Shown: positions 1-13,004, counted from the stretch's first letter. The stretch: 64,000 nucleotides of DNA from Felis catus (GCF_018350175.1 NC_058369.1:14882001-14946000); one strand, 5' to 3'. Made by a program: numbers and translations. Notes: generated by a model from the sequence alone, not told the origin.

Positions 1-2152
1 GGGGGTGGGGCATGGGCACCTAGTCTACAAGCCCCTCCAGGCAGGGAGGGGAAAACGGGCAAACTCACGGGCAAACTCACGCCCAGGCCTGTGGGCCGCT
101 AGGCCAGCATTTCTGGTCATGCCCTTCCGGTGTGTTTTGCTAAGGGAAGGCGCACATCTACGTGGCCCAGGTTCTGCAGGGGCGCTTCCGGCCTGGTGCC
201 GGGCCCGGCGGTGTGTGGGAGCACGGAGAAGGCTTTGGTGCCACAAGCCTCGGAGCGGGCAGGGGCTCGCGATCGTGAGAGCCGTTGCTGGCCTTTCATT
301 TGGGCTAGGTTCAAGTTTGATGCCACTATGACCACTTTGCAGACAAAAAAAAAAAAAAAAAAAAGAAAGGAAGAAAGAAACAAACAAATCAATGACCACT
401 CTGGCGCTGTGAGTCTTGCCAGTCTGGGAGGTCAAGAAGCCACCCTGCTTAGCGGCGCTGGCAAGGCAGACCTGAGAAGGTCCACCGGGAGTAAGAGACC
501 GTGGCGGGGGAGGGGAGAAGCCACCACAGAGGAGGAAGGAAAGGGATTAGTAAAGGTTAGAGGGGCTGCCTGGACAGACAGCCAGCCCCAGGCACGGCAA
601 ACGGCTTCCTAGTGCTCCCTTGGGAAGAAGTGGGGCCAGGGGCCACCTGGTGGTTGTCCAGAGCTATCCCCCCCCCCCAAAGTCTCCCGGGGAGAGTAGG
701 CTGGGGAGGAAGAGTTCCCTCCCTTCTCCCCCCTTCCCATGGAGCTGGTGAGCAGGCAGGGCCTGAGGGCGGAACTGGAGAGAAGCAGCCTGGCGGGAGC
801 CTGGCCGAGCGTCTGGCTGGAGCAGCTGGCTGCCTGGTCTCTGGTGAGGAGGAGGAGTAGGGAGGAGCCTGAGGGGCCAGCCTAAGTGAAGCCTCCATTC
901 CTGGCCAGGGACTGGGTGGATGCAGGTGGAGGGGAAGGCATCCCTTCCCAAGCGGGGCCCTTCCTTCTTTTCTCCTTTCCTTCCCAACACAGTCCCCTTC
1001 AGGAAAGGCCCTGAAGGGGGAGAACGACTAGGGCCCGGGCTGTGTGAGCTTTCCTTCGGGCTCCCCCACACCACGGCCTGTGGGGCCTGGCAGCATCCAA
1101 CAGGGGGCGGGCCGGGCCGGTCACCTCTGGGGTCCCTGCAGGTCTTATGCAGAGAAGTTGGCTGCATTTACTGCTTGGACACACAGCTGGAACTATACCA
1201 TGGGCTACTATTTTGAAAGAAACTCTTACAATGACGCTATCTCTTATAAAGGATAAAAAAGTTGCCGAGAGCCCCCCAAGCCCCCACATTCTACACCGCC
1301 AGGGACCCCCACGATCTAAACGATGTTGCCTTGGCTGCCGGGAGGGTAAACGCCTGATTTTCCACGCCCGCAGGGAGGGGCCTAGGCAGCAGGGGCAGGG
1401 AGTGTGTCTTCCTATGAGCCACCACCTGAGGCTGACTAGTCAGCAGGCCCAGAGCCGCCCCGGAGGGCCCGTAGATGACCGAGGCTGGCCACCTGAGGGG
1501 GGACCTTGGGAAGGCAGGAATAGTGGCGGGAGGGACCTACGACCTGGGGCCCCTCGTCTGGAACCCAAAGCCGAAAAAGGAAGAAACGCCCACATCACAG
1601 CAATGGATTGACCACCTTGAGGCTTTGGACACTTAGGACAGTCAGGAGGCGGTGTCGTCCGTGGCGCCGGGTGAGTGGGCCTCAGTCCTGCCCAGCCAGC
1701 TGCCTGAAAGTTCCCAGAGGTGGGGCTGTGGGTAGGGTGGAGGTAGGGGTGGGGTGTGGGGAGAAGGCAAACGGCGAGCTGGGCCAGAGCTGGGCCAGGC
1801 AGAGGTACCTAGAGGCCAGGTGAGAGCCCCTGCCCACCGCTCGGCGGGGTCTGAGGCAGGCTGATTCCTGACTCTGCCCTCTGGACCTGCTCCTGAAGTC
1901 ACCTCCTGTGGGAAATTGACCCCGCCCGTGCCAGCTAAGGCACCCTTCCTTTGTCCATCATCCTCTCTGCAGGCCTAGGGCCGTCGGGTGGGAAGGATGT
2001 CCCCGGGCCCAGCAGAGTGCCTGACACAGCGCAGTGTGTAAGACAGAACCATCAAGGGAGGACGGAAGGTCTTTTGGCAACGAGCACCCTTCCCAAGGCT
2101 GCTGGGTCCCATTCCTGGTGCAACCTGCCGTGCCGGCCCCAAGGAGGGATCT

Positions 2153-2175
2153 GTGTGTGTGTGTGTGTGTGTGTG
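2153..2175. repeat. (GT)n microsatellite
   Basis: About 11 GT units read directly. Confidence 0.95.
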
Positions 2176-2325
2176 CGCATATGTGCACACCCTGCACACC
2201 TGGGCCCTGGGCATTGGGCTCCCGGGTCTGGCCTGCAAGCCGACCACACCCACCGCGCCCCCCCCCCCCGCCCCGCCCAGGCCCCGAGCCCAGGGCTGGA
2301 CCTGGTGGGCAGGCCGCCCGCTTAC

Positions 2326-2456
2326 CGTTTCGTCTGTGCAGATGGAGTGCACCTGGGTCCCAAACATCACTGATGTGAAAATGAGGAAGAGAAGGCCCTC
2401 GAAGCACAGCAGGATGAGGAGGATCACCGTGGTGGGTGGCGAGAAGGAGCTGCACT
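2326..2456 (-). CDS. ZDHHC3: ZDHHC3 exon 6 (131 nt), TM4 region: (K)[43 protein letters not shown]
   Basis: Translation matches ZDHHC3. Acceptor ttccag|AG, donor ACG|gtaagc. Phase 1 entry fits exon 5. The final exon was not found in 1-2325. Confidence 0.97.
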
Positions 2457-5002
2457 CTGGAAGAAAAGGGGCATGTGGGACTTGGGGCTGCCCCCCCCCG
2501 CCCGCTCGCACTGCTCGGCCCGGCGGGACTCGGCTCCTCCTGGCCTGGTGGGGCCCATCCCGCCCCTCCTAACCCCTGTTCCTTGCTCGCTCTCTTTCCC
2601 GGCCAGTGTGTCTGTATCCTGGTGCCAAGCACGTGGAAGGACCCAGAAGGGCCCCCGGGGCTGAGGCATGAAGGCAGGGAGGCCCTCCTCTCCTCAGCAC
2701 AACGTGGGCTGTACAGGTGGAGCGGCCTCAGTCTGGTTCTGGTCTGGCTGTGAATTTTCTGGACGTTCCGGTCCCTCTGTCTGCTTCTGGGTGACCGGAA
2801 GGGGCACATCTGGAGGATCACTCAAGTGGTTCTGGGACTCGAGGTTTTACGAGGGGGCGGCCTGGCTGCCGGGCTTGGCCCCGAGCCGGGTGTGAAACAA
2901 GCCCCGTGGGAAACGTCCTTCTCGGGAGCGTCCGCATCACTGAGACGGTCGGTCCAACCGGAGGGCCGCCTGGCGCGTTCACTCTCCCAACCTCTCTCCG
3001 AGCCCAGGCTGACCGTCCAGGCCTCCGCTCCCTCCTCGGTACAGCAGCAAGGTTTCACCGCTCTGTCTTCAACAGCAGAATCCTCTGTCTGAACCAAGTC
3101 TAACTCAGAAGCCGCCCCCCGCGCCCCCCGCAAATGGAGACAAAAGCAGAGGTGTTATGGGAGACGGTGAGGTCTCCCTCAGCGGGGGCACCTGGGGGAG
3201 ACACTGGGCGGTGGGGGTCCCAGCTGACACTGCTCACTACTGTGGGACTCCTGCCTCCGCTGACAGCCGCCTGGGCCTGTCACCCCGGGTCGTGGTGCAC
3301 GTTTCTTGTTGCCCCGGTGCTCAGGCCTGTTTCCCTGGCTGGAGGGGTCCTGGCAGGGTCGGGCTTCCCTGGGCTTTGGGAACTCAGGGAATCTGGGGAT
3401 TCGGTGCCCCTCTGAGCCACCCTGCCGCCTCCCTCACAGGAAGGTGCGGAGGGGCAAGGGAGGTCGAACCTGGGAATGGGCACCGTATGGGTGGTGGGGG
3501 TGAGGAACATCTCCTCCAACTGCCTTGATCTCCTCACGTTTCTCTCGGGACGTAACAATGCCTCCAGACGTTTCCCTTATTGCCTCTGTGCTAGGCCGGG
3601 TGGTGGGCAGGCCAACGCTTCTGCGGTCAGGCAGACGCAGCAGGGTGAGGATCCTGGAAGAAACTCCCGACCACGAGCCGCTACTAAGATGCCGCCACGG
3701 AGACTCCGTTCTGGCTCCTGCGTCTTCCCCGTCCCGCGCACCGTGCGGTCGTGTTTCTTCCCGCCCTTGCCTCCTGCCTGCCTTTCCCAGCACAACTCCG
3801 GCTCCAGGAGGAAGGGACGCTGGCTCCCTGCGGTACAACCAGCCTCGGAGCAGCGCCTGGTAACGAAAGACTGTGGGCACAAGGCCGGGGCTCTCTGAGC
3901 TCTGGTTCGGCGGTCCGCTCAGGAATGCACGGGAGAGCATCTGCACAGCTCGGCACCGGCCCAGGGTGAGCACGTGGCGGGTGCTCCCCGGACGGAGGTC
4001 CTTGCTCCTTCCTTAGCCACCTGGGCTGCCCTGGGGCTGGAGCTGGCGGCAGAGCCCAGGGCCACGGCATGTCCTCCACCCATGGCCTCCTGAGTGGGCC
4101 CCGGAGACTACGAATGGAGTGGGGGAGGCAGAAGCCAGACCCAGGGCGCGCGGAACTACCGCTCGACCCTTCTCTCAACATCAACTCAAATGCCCTCCTT
4201 CTGGGGACACTCCCTTCTTGCACAAGCTGGATGCAAGGCCGCTCATCCACGGCTGAGCAGTGATGGTGGTGACCGTCATGCACGGCCAATCTCAGGCTTC
4301 CGCTTTGGGGACGGTCCTCCTAGCCTTAGCTGCCACAGGAACTGGTGCCCCAAGCCTCTTTGGTCACGGACCTTGACTGCAGACGATCAAGCACATGCAG
4401 GGAGGACCCAGGGCGCTGGAGTCATCCAGGCGGGGCTGGAAGAACCCGCTCCGGGCTGGCGCTTGAGTCACGGCCCTCCTCTTAGCTGTGTGAGCTTGGG
4501 GACTTGCTCGCCCCTGTGAGCCCCAGCTTTCATCATCTGCTAAGTGGGAGCATCTCTCCCGCCCTGCGGGCTTGTGGTGACGCTGAAATAAGGCACTGCT
4601 CACGCTGGCTCTTGGCAGGCATTAATGAGATGGCCCCTACCAGCTGCGAGCCGAAGACAGAGACGTTCTGCCTCATTGATGGCGAGTGTCACTCTCATCA
4701 CTGCCTGTGTCTGTTAGCCCGACGGCGGGGGGTAGGGGGAGCGATGGGGTTGATAGAACGTCCTTGTCAGACTCCACCGTCAAGTCGCCAAGGCCACATC
4801 TGGAGTTGGACTGGATCCCCAGGGCCTGGCAGGATACATGTACATTCAGAATGCTCACCGAGGAACGCGCTGGTGCCCTGCCCAGCTACGCAGGATGCTG
4901 TGGATGCCCCTACTCTTCTCCCCACTATCCACTAGCTTGACCCACCCCTCTCCGGCTGGCGCCAGAAATGCAGCAGTCACGAAAACTGGGGGACACGGGG
5001 AC

Positions 5003-5360
5003 ATGGACTGAATTGTGTCACCTGCAAAACTCGTATTTGGAAGCCCCACCCCCCAGGTGATATTATTTGGAGATGGGGACTTGGGGAGGTATTGAGGGTT
5101 AGACGAGGTTGTGACAGTAGGGGCCCCTCACGGTGGGGTTAGTGCCCGTATAAGAGGCACCAGAAAGCTTGCTTTCCTCTCTCTGCCGTGTGAGGTCACA
5201 GGAGAAGGTGGCCGTCTGCAAGCCAGGTAGACAGCCCGCACCAGGAACTGAACCGGCTGGCACCTTGATCCTGGACTTCCCAGCCTCCAGACGGTGAGAG
5301 ATAAATGCTTAGGCCACCCAGTCCATGGTACTTGGTCACGGCAGCGCACAGACGGAGACT
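5003..5360 (+). mobile_element. MLT1A-like MaLR solo LTR
   Basis: Hallmark segments tggactgaattgtgtc, ccgtgtgaggtcaca and ggcaccttgatcctggacttcccagcctccaga. Confidence 0.85.
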
Positions 5361-6146
5361 CGTGGGGTCTCTTCCCCTAGGCGGGGCTGGGCCGGACAGG
5401 GCAGGGGGCAGGGCCACAGAGGGCGGAAGGCGGTGGATGCCAAACCACGGGCAGAGGCAGGGAAAGTCTCTTCGCAGCCGGCTGGGAGCTAAAGATCCCC
5501 CCGCTTCCCACGGGCTCCCCGGTTCTGCGGAACAGGACCAGCAAGATAGCCGAGAAGACAGTACGTGCGGGAAGAGCGAAACTTCTGGAAGACGGGAGAA
5601 TGAAAATGGGGACCCGTCTGATGTTTCTGCTCTCAAGGACCGTATGTGTGCGAGATCTCGCCCAGCACGTGGCCTCTCTTAATTCCTCCAGCACCTATTT
5701 AAAATTCTTTTCCTTATCTCTTATTTTTTTATTCTCCTTTAAAAATCACAAAACGGCACCGACTTCCTTCAGCATCTACTTTTTCCTCAGGATTTATGCG
5801 GTCGTCTGGTTGGAGCTCCTTCCTTGGTGTTTGCGCTGTGAGACGGGTACTTCTCTAAAGCGGGAAGCTTTGCTCTACGATCTTTACGTAGATTGGGAAT
5901 TATGCAGTTAAAAGACAACCACTAACAAAACAAAACAAAACAACCCCAAAGTTCAAGACGGATTTCCAGGAGATCGGAAGGAAATGACTTTTGATTAAAG
6001 TGCCTCTTCTTAAAGACACAGAAGCAAAGGTCCTCTCCCAGGCAGGGCTCCCACGCCCTGGGACGTGCTTCTGGGGGGCGGGGGGGGGGTCTGCATTTCC
6101 CCCAGGCGCCCTCGGGCTACGCGGTCTGTCCGCCTCACTACTTTAC

Positions 6147-6227
6147 CTGTGGAACTTTTAAGGGGCTGCTTTATTTCATGAAGAGAGGTTCGGGCCTCTG
6201 CTGTCCCTTCCCTGGGCAGTCTGTAGG
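6147..6227 (-). CDS. ZDHHC3: ZDHHC3 alternative cassette exon (81 nt; 93 nt if the acceptor at 6239 is used): (T)[26 protein letters not shown](E)
   Basis: Donor ACAG|gtaaag. Phase 1-1 symmetric with no stop. The peptide resembles the insert I recall from the long human isoform (TYGLNREEMAETGISLHEKMQPLNFSSTE). Confidence 0.7.
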
Positions 6228-6349
6228 CTTGCTGCTGATCTGATAAAATGGGGTTGGCCCCTGGCACCATGAGACAAACCGAGAGCCCGCCCCGCCTGGG
6301 TCACACACTGCCCCCGGGGGCAGGGAGGGGGGCCCTGGCATATACTCAC

Positions 6350-6431
6350 TTGTCCAGTCTTCTTCAAAGCAATGCAGAAAGTGGAATCCCACCATGACGA
6401 GGGCGTGCAACGAAATGAGAGCTATGTACAT
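6350..6431 (-). CDS. ZDHHC3: ZDHHC3 exon 5 (82 nt): [27 protein letters not shown]
   Basis: Acceptor tttcag|ATG, donor ACAA|gtgagt. TM3 sequence. Confidence 0.97.
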
Positions 6432-7087
6432 CTGAAACAGGAAAGCGGGGCAGACGCCATTGTTGCGAGAACCTTCTGACCGCGCAGGCTCCCGGGGCAG
6501 GGGCCCTCAGAACCTCCCATTCCGGAACACTCAGTCAGACTTGAGGGTTGACCAGGAGAGAGCCAGGGAGGCATCTGCTGATTGCCCTACCGGTCTGGCA
6601 CCCCAGGCCTGGGACCGAGGCGAGCAGGAGTGCACGGACGAGCGCCTGTGACCAGGCGTGACCAGGGCCCTGGGTGGGCGGGGGCGCTCCGGGCCCGTGG
6701 CTTCCCTTCACTCAGAAAGTCAAGGTGCTGACTGCCAGTAGGTGCTCTAGTCCTCACACTATCCTCTATCCACCGGCAGCTGCGGGAGGGCTTGTTGTCA
6801 TCACCAGAACTGCCTTGTTTAGCTACTCAGACTGGACGCTTGGGACGGGAACAAGGCCCTTGCTTAGAGCCAACCCGCTTGAGCCCGTGTTCTAGACGCT
6901 CAGGCGAAGGGCCTACGAGCAGGCCGTGGCTGGGCTAGGAGTGCTTTGGCAGAAAGGCGCAGGTCTACGTGGCCACGCGGTATTTGGGACAGCAGCAAAA
7001 ACCATCGTTGCGTGCCGGGAATTTTCGGAGGCCCAAAGCGCCCCATCGCTCGGCGGAGGGTGGGGCAGGATTTGGAAGCTGACTTAC

Positions 7088-7184
7088 TGTAAACAGGACA
7101 AAGTACTTCTGGTTGTTCTCGCCGACGCAGTTATTGACCCAGGGACAGTGGTGGTCCATCTTCCGAATACACCGCTTACAAACA
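7088..7184 (-). CDS. ZDHHC3: ZDHHC3 exon 4 (97 nt), catalytic DHHC motif: (S)[32 protein letters not shown]
   Basis: Canonical [12 protein letters not shown] motif. Acceptor tttcag|TG, donor ACA|gtaagt. Confidence 0.98.
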
Positions 7185-7779
7185 CTGAAAGGACCCGCAA
7201 GGCAGACCTTTAGTGGTGTCCTCACGGTGGCGGGGACCCGAGGGGAGCAGAGAACCCACCCCCCAGCTCTACTCCGCGGCTGGGGCCTCCTCGGGCTCTG
7301 CCCCGTGTCCCGCTTGCCGGGTGTGTTGCAAGGGGCCTGGAAGGTGGGGTCAGGACCCCCAGGGTCACGTCATTCCAAACAGGGGACAGTCATTTGCCAA
7401 CAAGGCCCCTTCTCTTGTTTAACACAGACACAGGATGGAACTGAGGGGATCTGAGCGGGAAGCTGCTCTCTGGCGGTAACTGGGCTGGGAATCTGGTTTG
7501 TTGAGAGGGACAGAGCAAAGAAACAGTTTTGAAAGTGGACAGGCTGGGGTGGGTATAGAAAGAAGCCGCTCCTAACTCCCCCCCCAAAGACCAAAACCCC
7601 AAGGGCCGGGCGCTAGCAGGGAGGGTGCTGGAAGGGCACAGAGTGGGCTCAAGTGCAGGATGTCTCGGGGCGGCAGGAAGGGCCCCTTCAAGAACCTTTT
7701 ACCTCTAAGACAGCATCCACTTAGCTGAAAAAGCAGAATGTATTTGAGCTTAAGTGTCGATCAGAAATCCTGTTAATTT

Positions 7780-7972
7780 GGGGCGCCTGGGTGGCTCAAT
7801 TGGTTAAAGCATCCAACTTCGGCTCAGCTCATGATCTCGTGGCTCCTGAGATCGAGCCCCACATTGGGCTCTGAGCTGACGGCATGGAACCTGCTTGGGA
7901 TTCTCCCTCTTCCTCTCTCTCTGCCCCTTCTGCGCCCCCACTTGTGCTTGTGTGCACACACACTCTCTCTCT
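7780..7972 (+). mobile_element. CAN-SINE
   Basis: ggggcgcctgggtggctca head and CT-rich linker. Confidence 0.9.
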
Positions 7973-8475
7973 AATTTGCAAATTACTACCTTGGGATTGG
8001 GCTCATTTTGGGACTGAGAAATTGGTCCTTCCTCAATTTATTAACATAGGCTCCTTGACATTTCCTTGAGAGTATTATTCCACACAGTTTGAAATACCGT
8101 AAAGGTAAACTCGGAAATAAGGTGATGAGAGGTTTTTCTCTTTCGAAGGCCCCTCAGTTCACCCCAGCTTTTCTTTCCACCCGTTTCCACAACTAACTTT
8201 ATCTCAGGTTGTTCATCAAGCACACCGTGGGCTGTGGCAAGTGGAGCCCGGCAGAAGGGCTCTCATCAGGGTCACACGGGGGGAGCTCACACTTGCTGAG
8301 CTCTGGCTGGCCGACAGTCAGGGCAGGGACAGCAGGGAAGGAGCTCTTCTGGGTGTGGACGTGAGCTGCTCCCCACACTCCAGGCCAGGAGGCGCAGACC
8401 ACTCTGAAGGACAGCCACGGCCAACTCGGGGCTGTGGACTCATCCGCACCCCAAGGAGGACGTGTGGCTTTTTCT

Positions 8476-8692
8476 TTTTTTTTTTTTTAATTTTTTTTTT
8501 TAATGTTTATTTATTTTTGAGACAGAGAGAGACAGAGCATGAATGGGGGAGGGTCAGAGAGAGAGGCTGAAACAGGCTCCAGGCTCTGAGCGGTCAGCAC
8601 AGAGCCCGACGCGGGTCTCAAACTCACGGACTGTGAGATCATGACCCGAGCCAAAGTCGGCCGCTTAACCGACTGAGCCACCCAGGTGCCCC
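8476..8692 (-). mobile_element. CAN-SINE (SINEC_Fc-like)
   Basis: Full body. TSD acgtgtggctttttct on both sides. Confidence 0.95.
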
Positions 8693-9135
8693 ACGTGTGG
8701 CTTTTTCTAAGCACAGTGTGAGCTTTGGTGGCAAGCCAGACCTGGGGCTGCTGAGCTACCCTGGTCAGGCTGGCCAAGCTTGGGGGCCTCAGTTTCCCCA
8801 TCCACAGGAGGTAAGTGTTGTAAGGAAAAGGTGACAACAGATTGGGGGGGCCTGGTCAGTCTCCACCCTTGTTCTTCTCCACAACCTTGAAGGTCCTCCC
8901 TAATACAGGGGAAATGGGCACATCTCAGAGATGCTGGCCCGGCTCCAGAATCTCCCTGGGAGCCTGGAGAGCAGGAGAAGAAGGAGGCACGAAAGGGACC
9001 TGGAGGGATATAAAGTCAGGGATATAAACCCATCTCTCTCTGTATGCATGTGTTTCCAATTACAAACATACATGTGAATATGTGTAATGTATATTTCATT
9101 AGCTAACACTTGTTCCCAGTATACACGTTTAATAA

Positions 9136-9330
9136 TTTTCAAAATGTTTATTTTTGAGAGAGCACGTGTGTGCAAGTGGGGGAGGGGCAGAAAGAGAGGG
9201 GGACAGAGGATCCGAAGCAGGCTCTGCGCTGACAGCAGAGAGCCTGATGCGGGGTTCGAACTCACGAACTGTGAGATCATGACCTGAGCCGAAGCCGGAC
9301 GCTGAACCGACTGAGCCACCCGGGCGCCTC
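9136..9330 (-). mobile_element. CAN-SINE
   Basis: Reverse-complement SINE body. Confidence 0.92.
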
Positions 9331-12300
9331 CTCTAGTAGACAAGTTTCAAAGCACAGACAAGTAGACAGTGAAGAATGAGCTGCTCCCTGCATCCTGGGC
9401 CGCAGCCACCAGGCCCCACATTCCCTTCATGGGGCCACCTTGCAAGTCCTTCCTCAGCCCTGGGGTCTTAGCTCCCTTCCAATCTGGGGCCCAAACTCCC
9501 GAGGGGAGGGGTGCCTGGCAGCTCAGTGCCACCGCCACCTTCTCCAAGGGGCTTCTGGTAGGTGCTCTGAGGCAGTGTTTGCTCAGCAGCACGGAGGGGT
9601 CGAGTGGCCTGACATCCTCCGAAAGCCGCCCAGGGTTTCCACGAGCTGTCACATCCGTCCTTTGCTCTCCTCCCAGCTTCTCGAGAGACCCCGCGTGCGC
9701 CCCAAGAAGTGAGTTTCGCAACGGGTTACGTGTCCCTGGGAGGCCACACCAGAACACTTCTCCTCCTCCAGGGAGCAGGGACAAGTGAGGACAGCAGCTG
9801 GGCTACAGAAGGTGGCCCCGAGTGCCAGGCTCCGAGCTTCCTGCCCGCGGAGACACGGAATGCCGAGGTGGTCCCTCTTTCCCGGCTGGCGCCGTTGTTC
9901 GGAGGCAGGCTCTGGGGCCGGGAGGTGGCACGTGTGGGTGGGGGGAGTCCATCTGTGAACATGGCCCTGATCAGGGGCCGTCTCACCCACGGCTCTCAAA
10001 ACTAGCAGCCTGAACGGTTCTGCACTTGGGGCCTGGAGAACAAGGGCAAGGCCTGCCCGGGGCCGCCCAGCTGCTCCGCCTCAGGGGCCATCTGTCAGGA
10101 GGAAGGAAAAAATGCGGCCTCCCACAACCCTGGACACCTCACTGGGGTATCGGTCGCCTCAGAGCCAGCCCTCTTCCCGTTCCCCGTGGCTGGGTGGGCC
10201 GGGGGCTCTGCGGGGTCCCCTCCCCAGACAAGGCAGGCAGGGGGCCCTTTACCCAGGCTTGCCGCCCGGCAGAACCTCTTCTCTCTGGGGCTCCTCGCTG
10301 CTCTTTCCGTACTGAGCGCACCAGCCCCCTCCTGGGACTCCTCTTGGGCACCATTTTGTGCCCCCCGTGCGAGACGCTGCGGGCGGGCGAGCTCCTGGGG
10401 CACAGGCACCAGGGCCTGGCGGCTGGTCCTCAACCTGCGCTAACAGTCACTGGAGAGACGAAACGTCTTCGACGGAGGTATTTTTTGACGTTCCTGCCTT
10501 CGGGGTTTCCTGAGCCCTTCCGTGTTTTTAAATCAATGTTCCAGAAGACGGCGATGCCTCTCCTTCCCTCTTCCTCCAGGTTCCCTGCCATTTTTCACGC
10601 CCCGAAGCACTTCCGTCAAATGCCTGGTGGAGCCCAACAAGCTCACGGGCTCCCATGCCCTCAGGCTCCTTCTCGCCTGTGTTCCTTCTCTGGCGAGGTC
10701 CGAAGGCCCTTGGCGCTCAGCCCCAGAGGAGCTGGCTGAGGCCCCTGCCTGGCCTGGGTGATGGCCCACCAGGGAGACACAGCTGTGTCCGTGAGGGCCT
10801 GTGTCTCTCCCTGCAGAGGCGCTTACCAAGCAAGGGTCGGCTGAGTGCGGGTCCTGATGCCACAGATGGGAAAGAGCTAGCCTGGGAAGTGGCCCCACCA
10901 CATCAGAATGGGACGCCCAGCAGGACAGGAGGAAAGACGCAAAAAGGCACATCTACCGCATCCCGGTCCCAGCTCCGCAACAATTTCGGGTAGGGCAGTC
11001 CAGCGTAGCGGACAGAACACTGCTCTCAGATCCCCGTTCTGGGCCCCGGGCAGAGAAACTCAGCTTCTCCGAACCACCCTCTGCAGGATTGGCCCCGACC
11101 CGATCTCCCAAGGTTAGCGATGATGTAGGTCAAATGCTTTTAAAACAATACGACTGCTGTGTAAGTTTTATCGGCAGTCATAATAACCACGAGAGAGAGA
11201 CAGGGGCCCTGAGCAGTCCGTGACCGTCCCAGCCTCAGCACGTTATGTGCGTGTGGGGGCGAGGGGTGTGTGGAGGGGTGTGAGGCTTTGCCAGGGTCAC
11301 AGGTCTCCGCCTCCTCGTGCAAGAGGAACCTATTGCATGAGTCCAACACCCTGGCTGTCCACGTTAGCGTGAACGGCTCCCTATGGGGTTTCCACATGCC
11401 TCCGTGGTCCTCAGCGCCGGGATGAAAGCAGCCTGGGGTTCCAGAGTGCCCCTCCGTGGAAAGAAGACCCACCCACCCACCACCGGGCTGGAAAGAGCAT
11501 CTACACATCCAGGGTCAGGAAGCGTCTGTGGTACCCACCAGAGCTCAGGGAACGGGGCCAGTTGTAAATTCCACGGGCTCTGTTGGGGGGTCAGGAACCA
11601 AAGAGCTGGGTGTGCGCTCACGGACGTGGACACGCACCTTCCCCTGAGCAGGGGGACTGACCGCAACCCTCGAGTCAGGCAGCGGGCCTCCCGGCCCAGG
11701 CAAAACCCGGCTGCGTCTGGCGGGCTGGAGACCGTGCGTATCCCAAACCGCGGGTCCCCAGACGGCCCGGGCCACCACGGGCCCTCACAGACGAGCAGCC
11801 GTCGCACACGCTTCCTGACGCAGGAACAGGGGACACACAGACAGCCTCACCAGAGTTCATCTGAGTCAGCGGCTCTTGTTTGCTCAAGCTGATTTGTTTA
11901 CTAGCACTCAAGAATACCTCCCTCGGATCATCCTGGCGAGAAAGGCGAGGAGGCGGCGGTGAGGAAAATGCCAGGCAGGGGAGGCAGCCGAGGGCCCAGG
12001 GAGGAAAGAGAAAGAACCACTGTGGTCACCGAACGTCCTCTTCTACAAAGGTCGCAGCTCCGTGTTTCTTCTATAAACCCTGCGCACCCCCAGTGCCCGC
12101 ACCCGCCTCCACCCACAAACGGCTTCTGCTTGGACAGCGAGCTGACTCCGTTATCCAGACTCAACCCCCACAAGCCGGGGGGCAGCAAGTCCCTTTACGG
12201 GGGGACAGAGCCGGCCTCAGAGCGATGTGCTGCCTGGTCCACGGTCTGGGGACACGTGTGGCGGGGACACGGCTGGCCTTCCAACGCCAAGGCCGGAGCC

Positions 12301-13004
12301 GGTTCCACCACACCGGGCCGCCTGGAGTCACGGCCTGAGGAACCACACAAGCAAGCTGGGCCTTTTGGTTCAGGTGATGAAAACAGCTGGCTTCCCACGC
12401 CTCGGATGGCAGAAAAGGCTAGACGGGTGCCCCCGTCACAGATCTCAGAGGTAAAGTGACCAGCCCACACCGGGCTCTGCGCAAAGACACTTAGCTTCTC
12501 CAAACCGCCCAACACCCCACAGTAGACAGCAATGACCAAGCTCCTCGGCCCTCATGTTCAAGAGGTGCCAGCTTGTTGGGGAGGTCGCCACCTCTCTGAC
12601 AGAGAAACGTCCATACGATTACATCAGGTCACATGATTTCCCCCCCCCCCAAACTGGAATTCTAGTGGAAAGAGCCCCCCAACCGGAGCGGCAAACACTG
12701 GGAGCCAATCCTGTCTCTGGTACTCACCTGCTGTGCGACCTCGGTGTGACCCTCCCGCCCCAAACACACACCAGTCCGAAAAAGGGACCAAATGACACGT
12801 TTGTATTTCTGTAATTTATCATTTAAAGTTCCCCTGTAATGAGAAAATGCAGTTTTCAGCTAGATGTCTTCTTGTTGAGAAGACTCAAAACAATGAAGAA
12901 ATCTGAAAACCAAAGGGAAAAATCACCACAGAGGAGATGGGGAGATGGCCCTCGGGGCCGAATTCTACAATTGTCACAACCTCTAGAAGGTTGTTGTGTG
13001 GTGT

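Noticed and set aside
1..2325. Search for the ZDHHC3 terminal coding exon
   Set aside because: No matching sequence seen. It presumably lies left of the window, so this is not evidence of truncation.
1958..2821. 287-aa minus-strand ORF and other long ORFs in 1-13 kb
   Set aside because: Low-complexity Pro/Gly/Arg translations typical of GC-rich intron. Only the exon 6 frame is recognisable protein.
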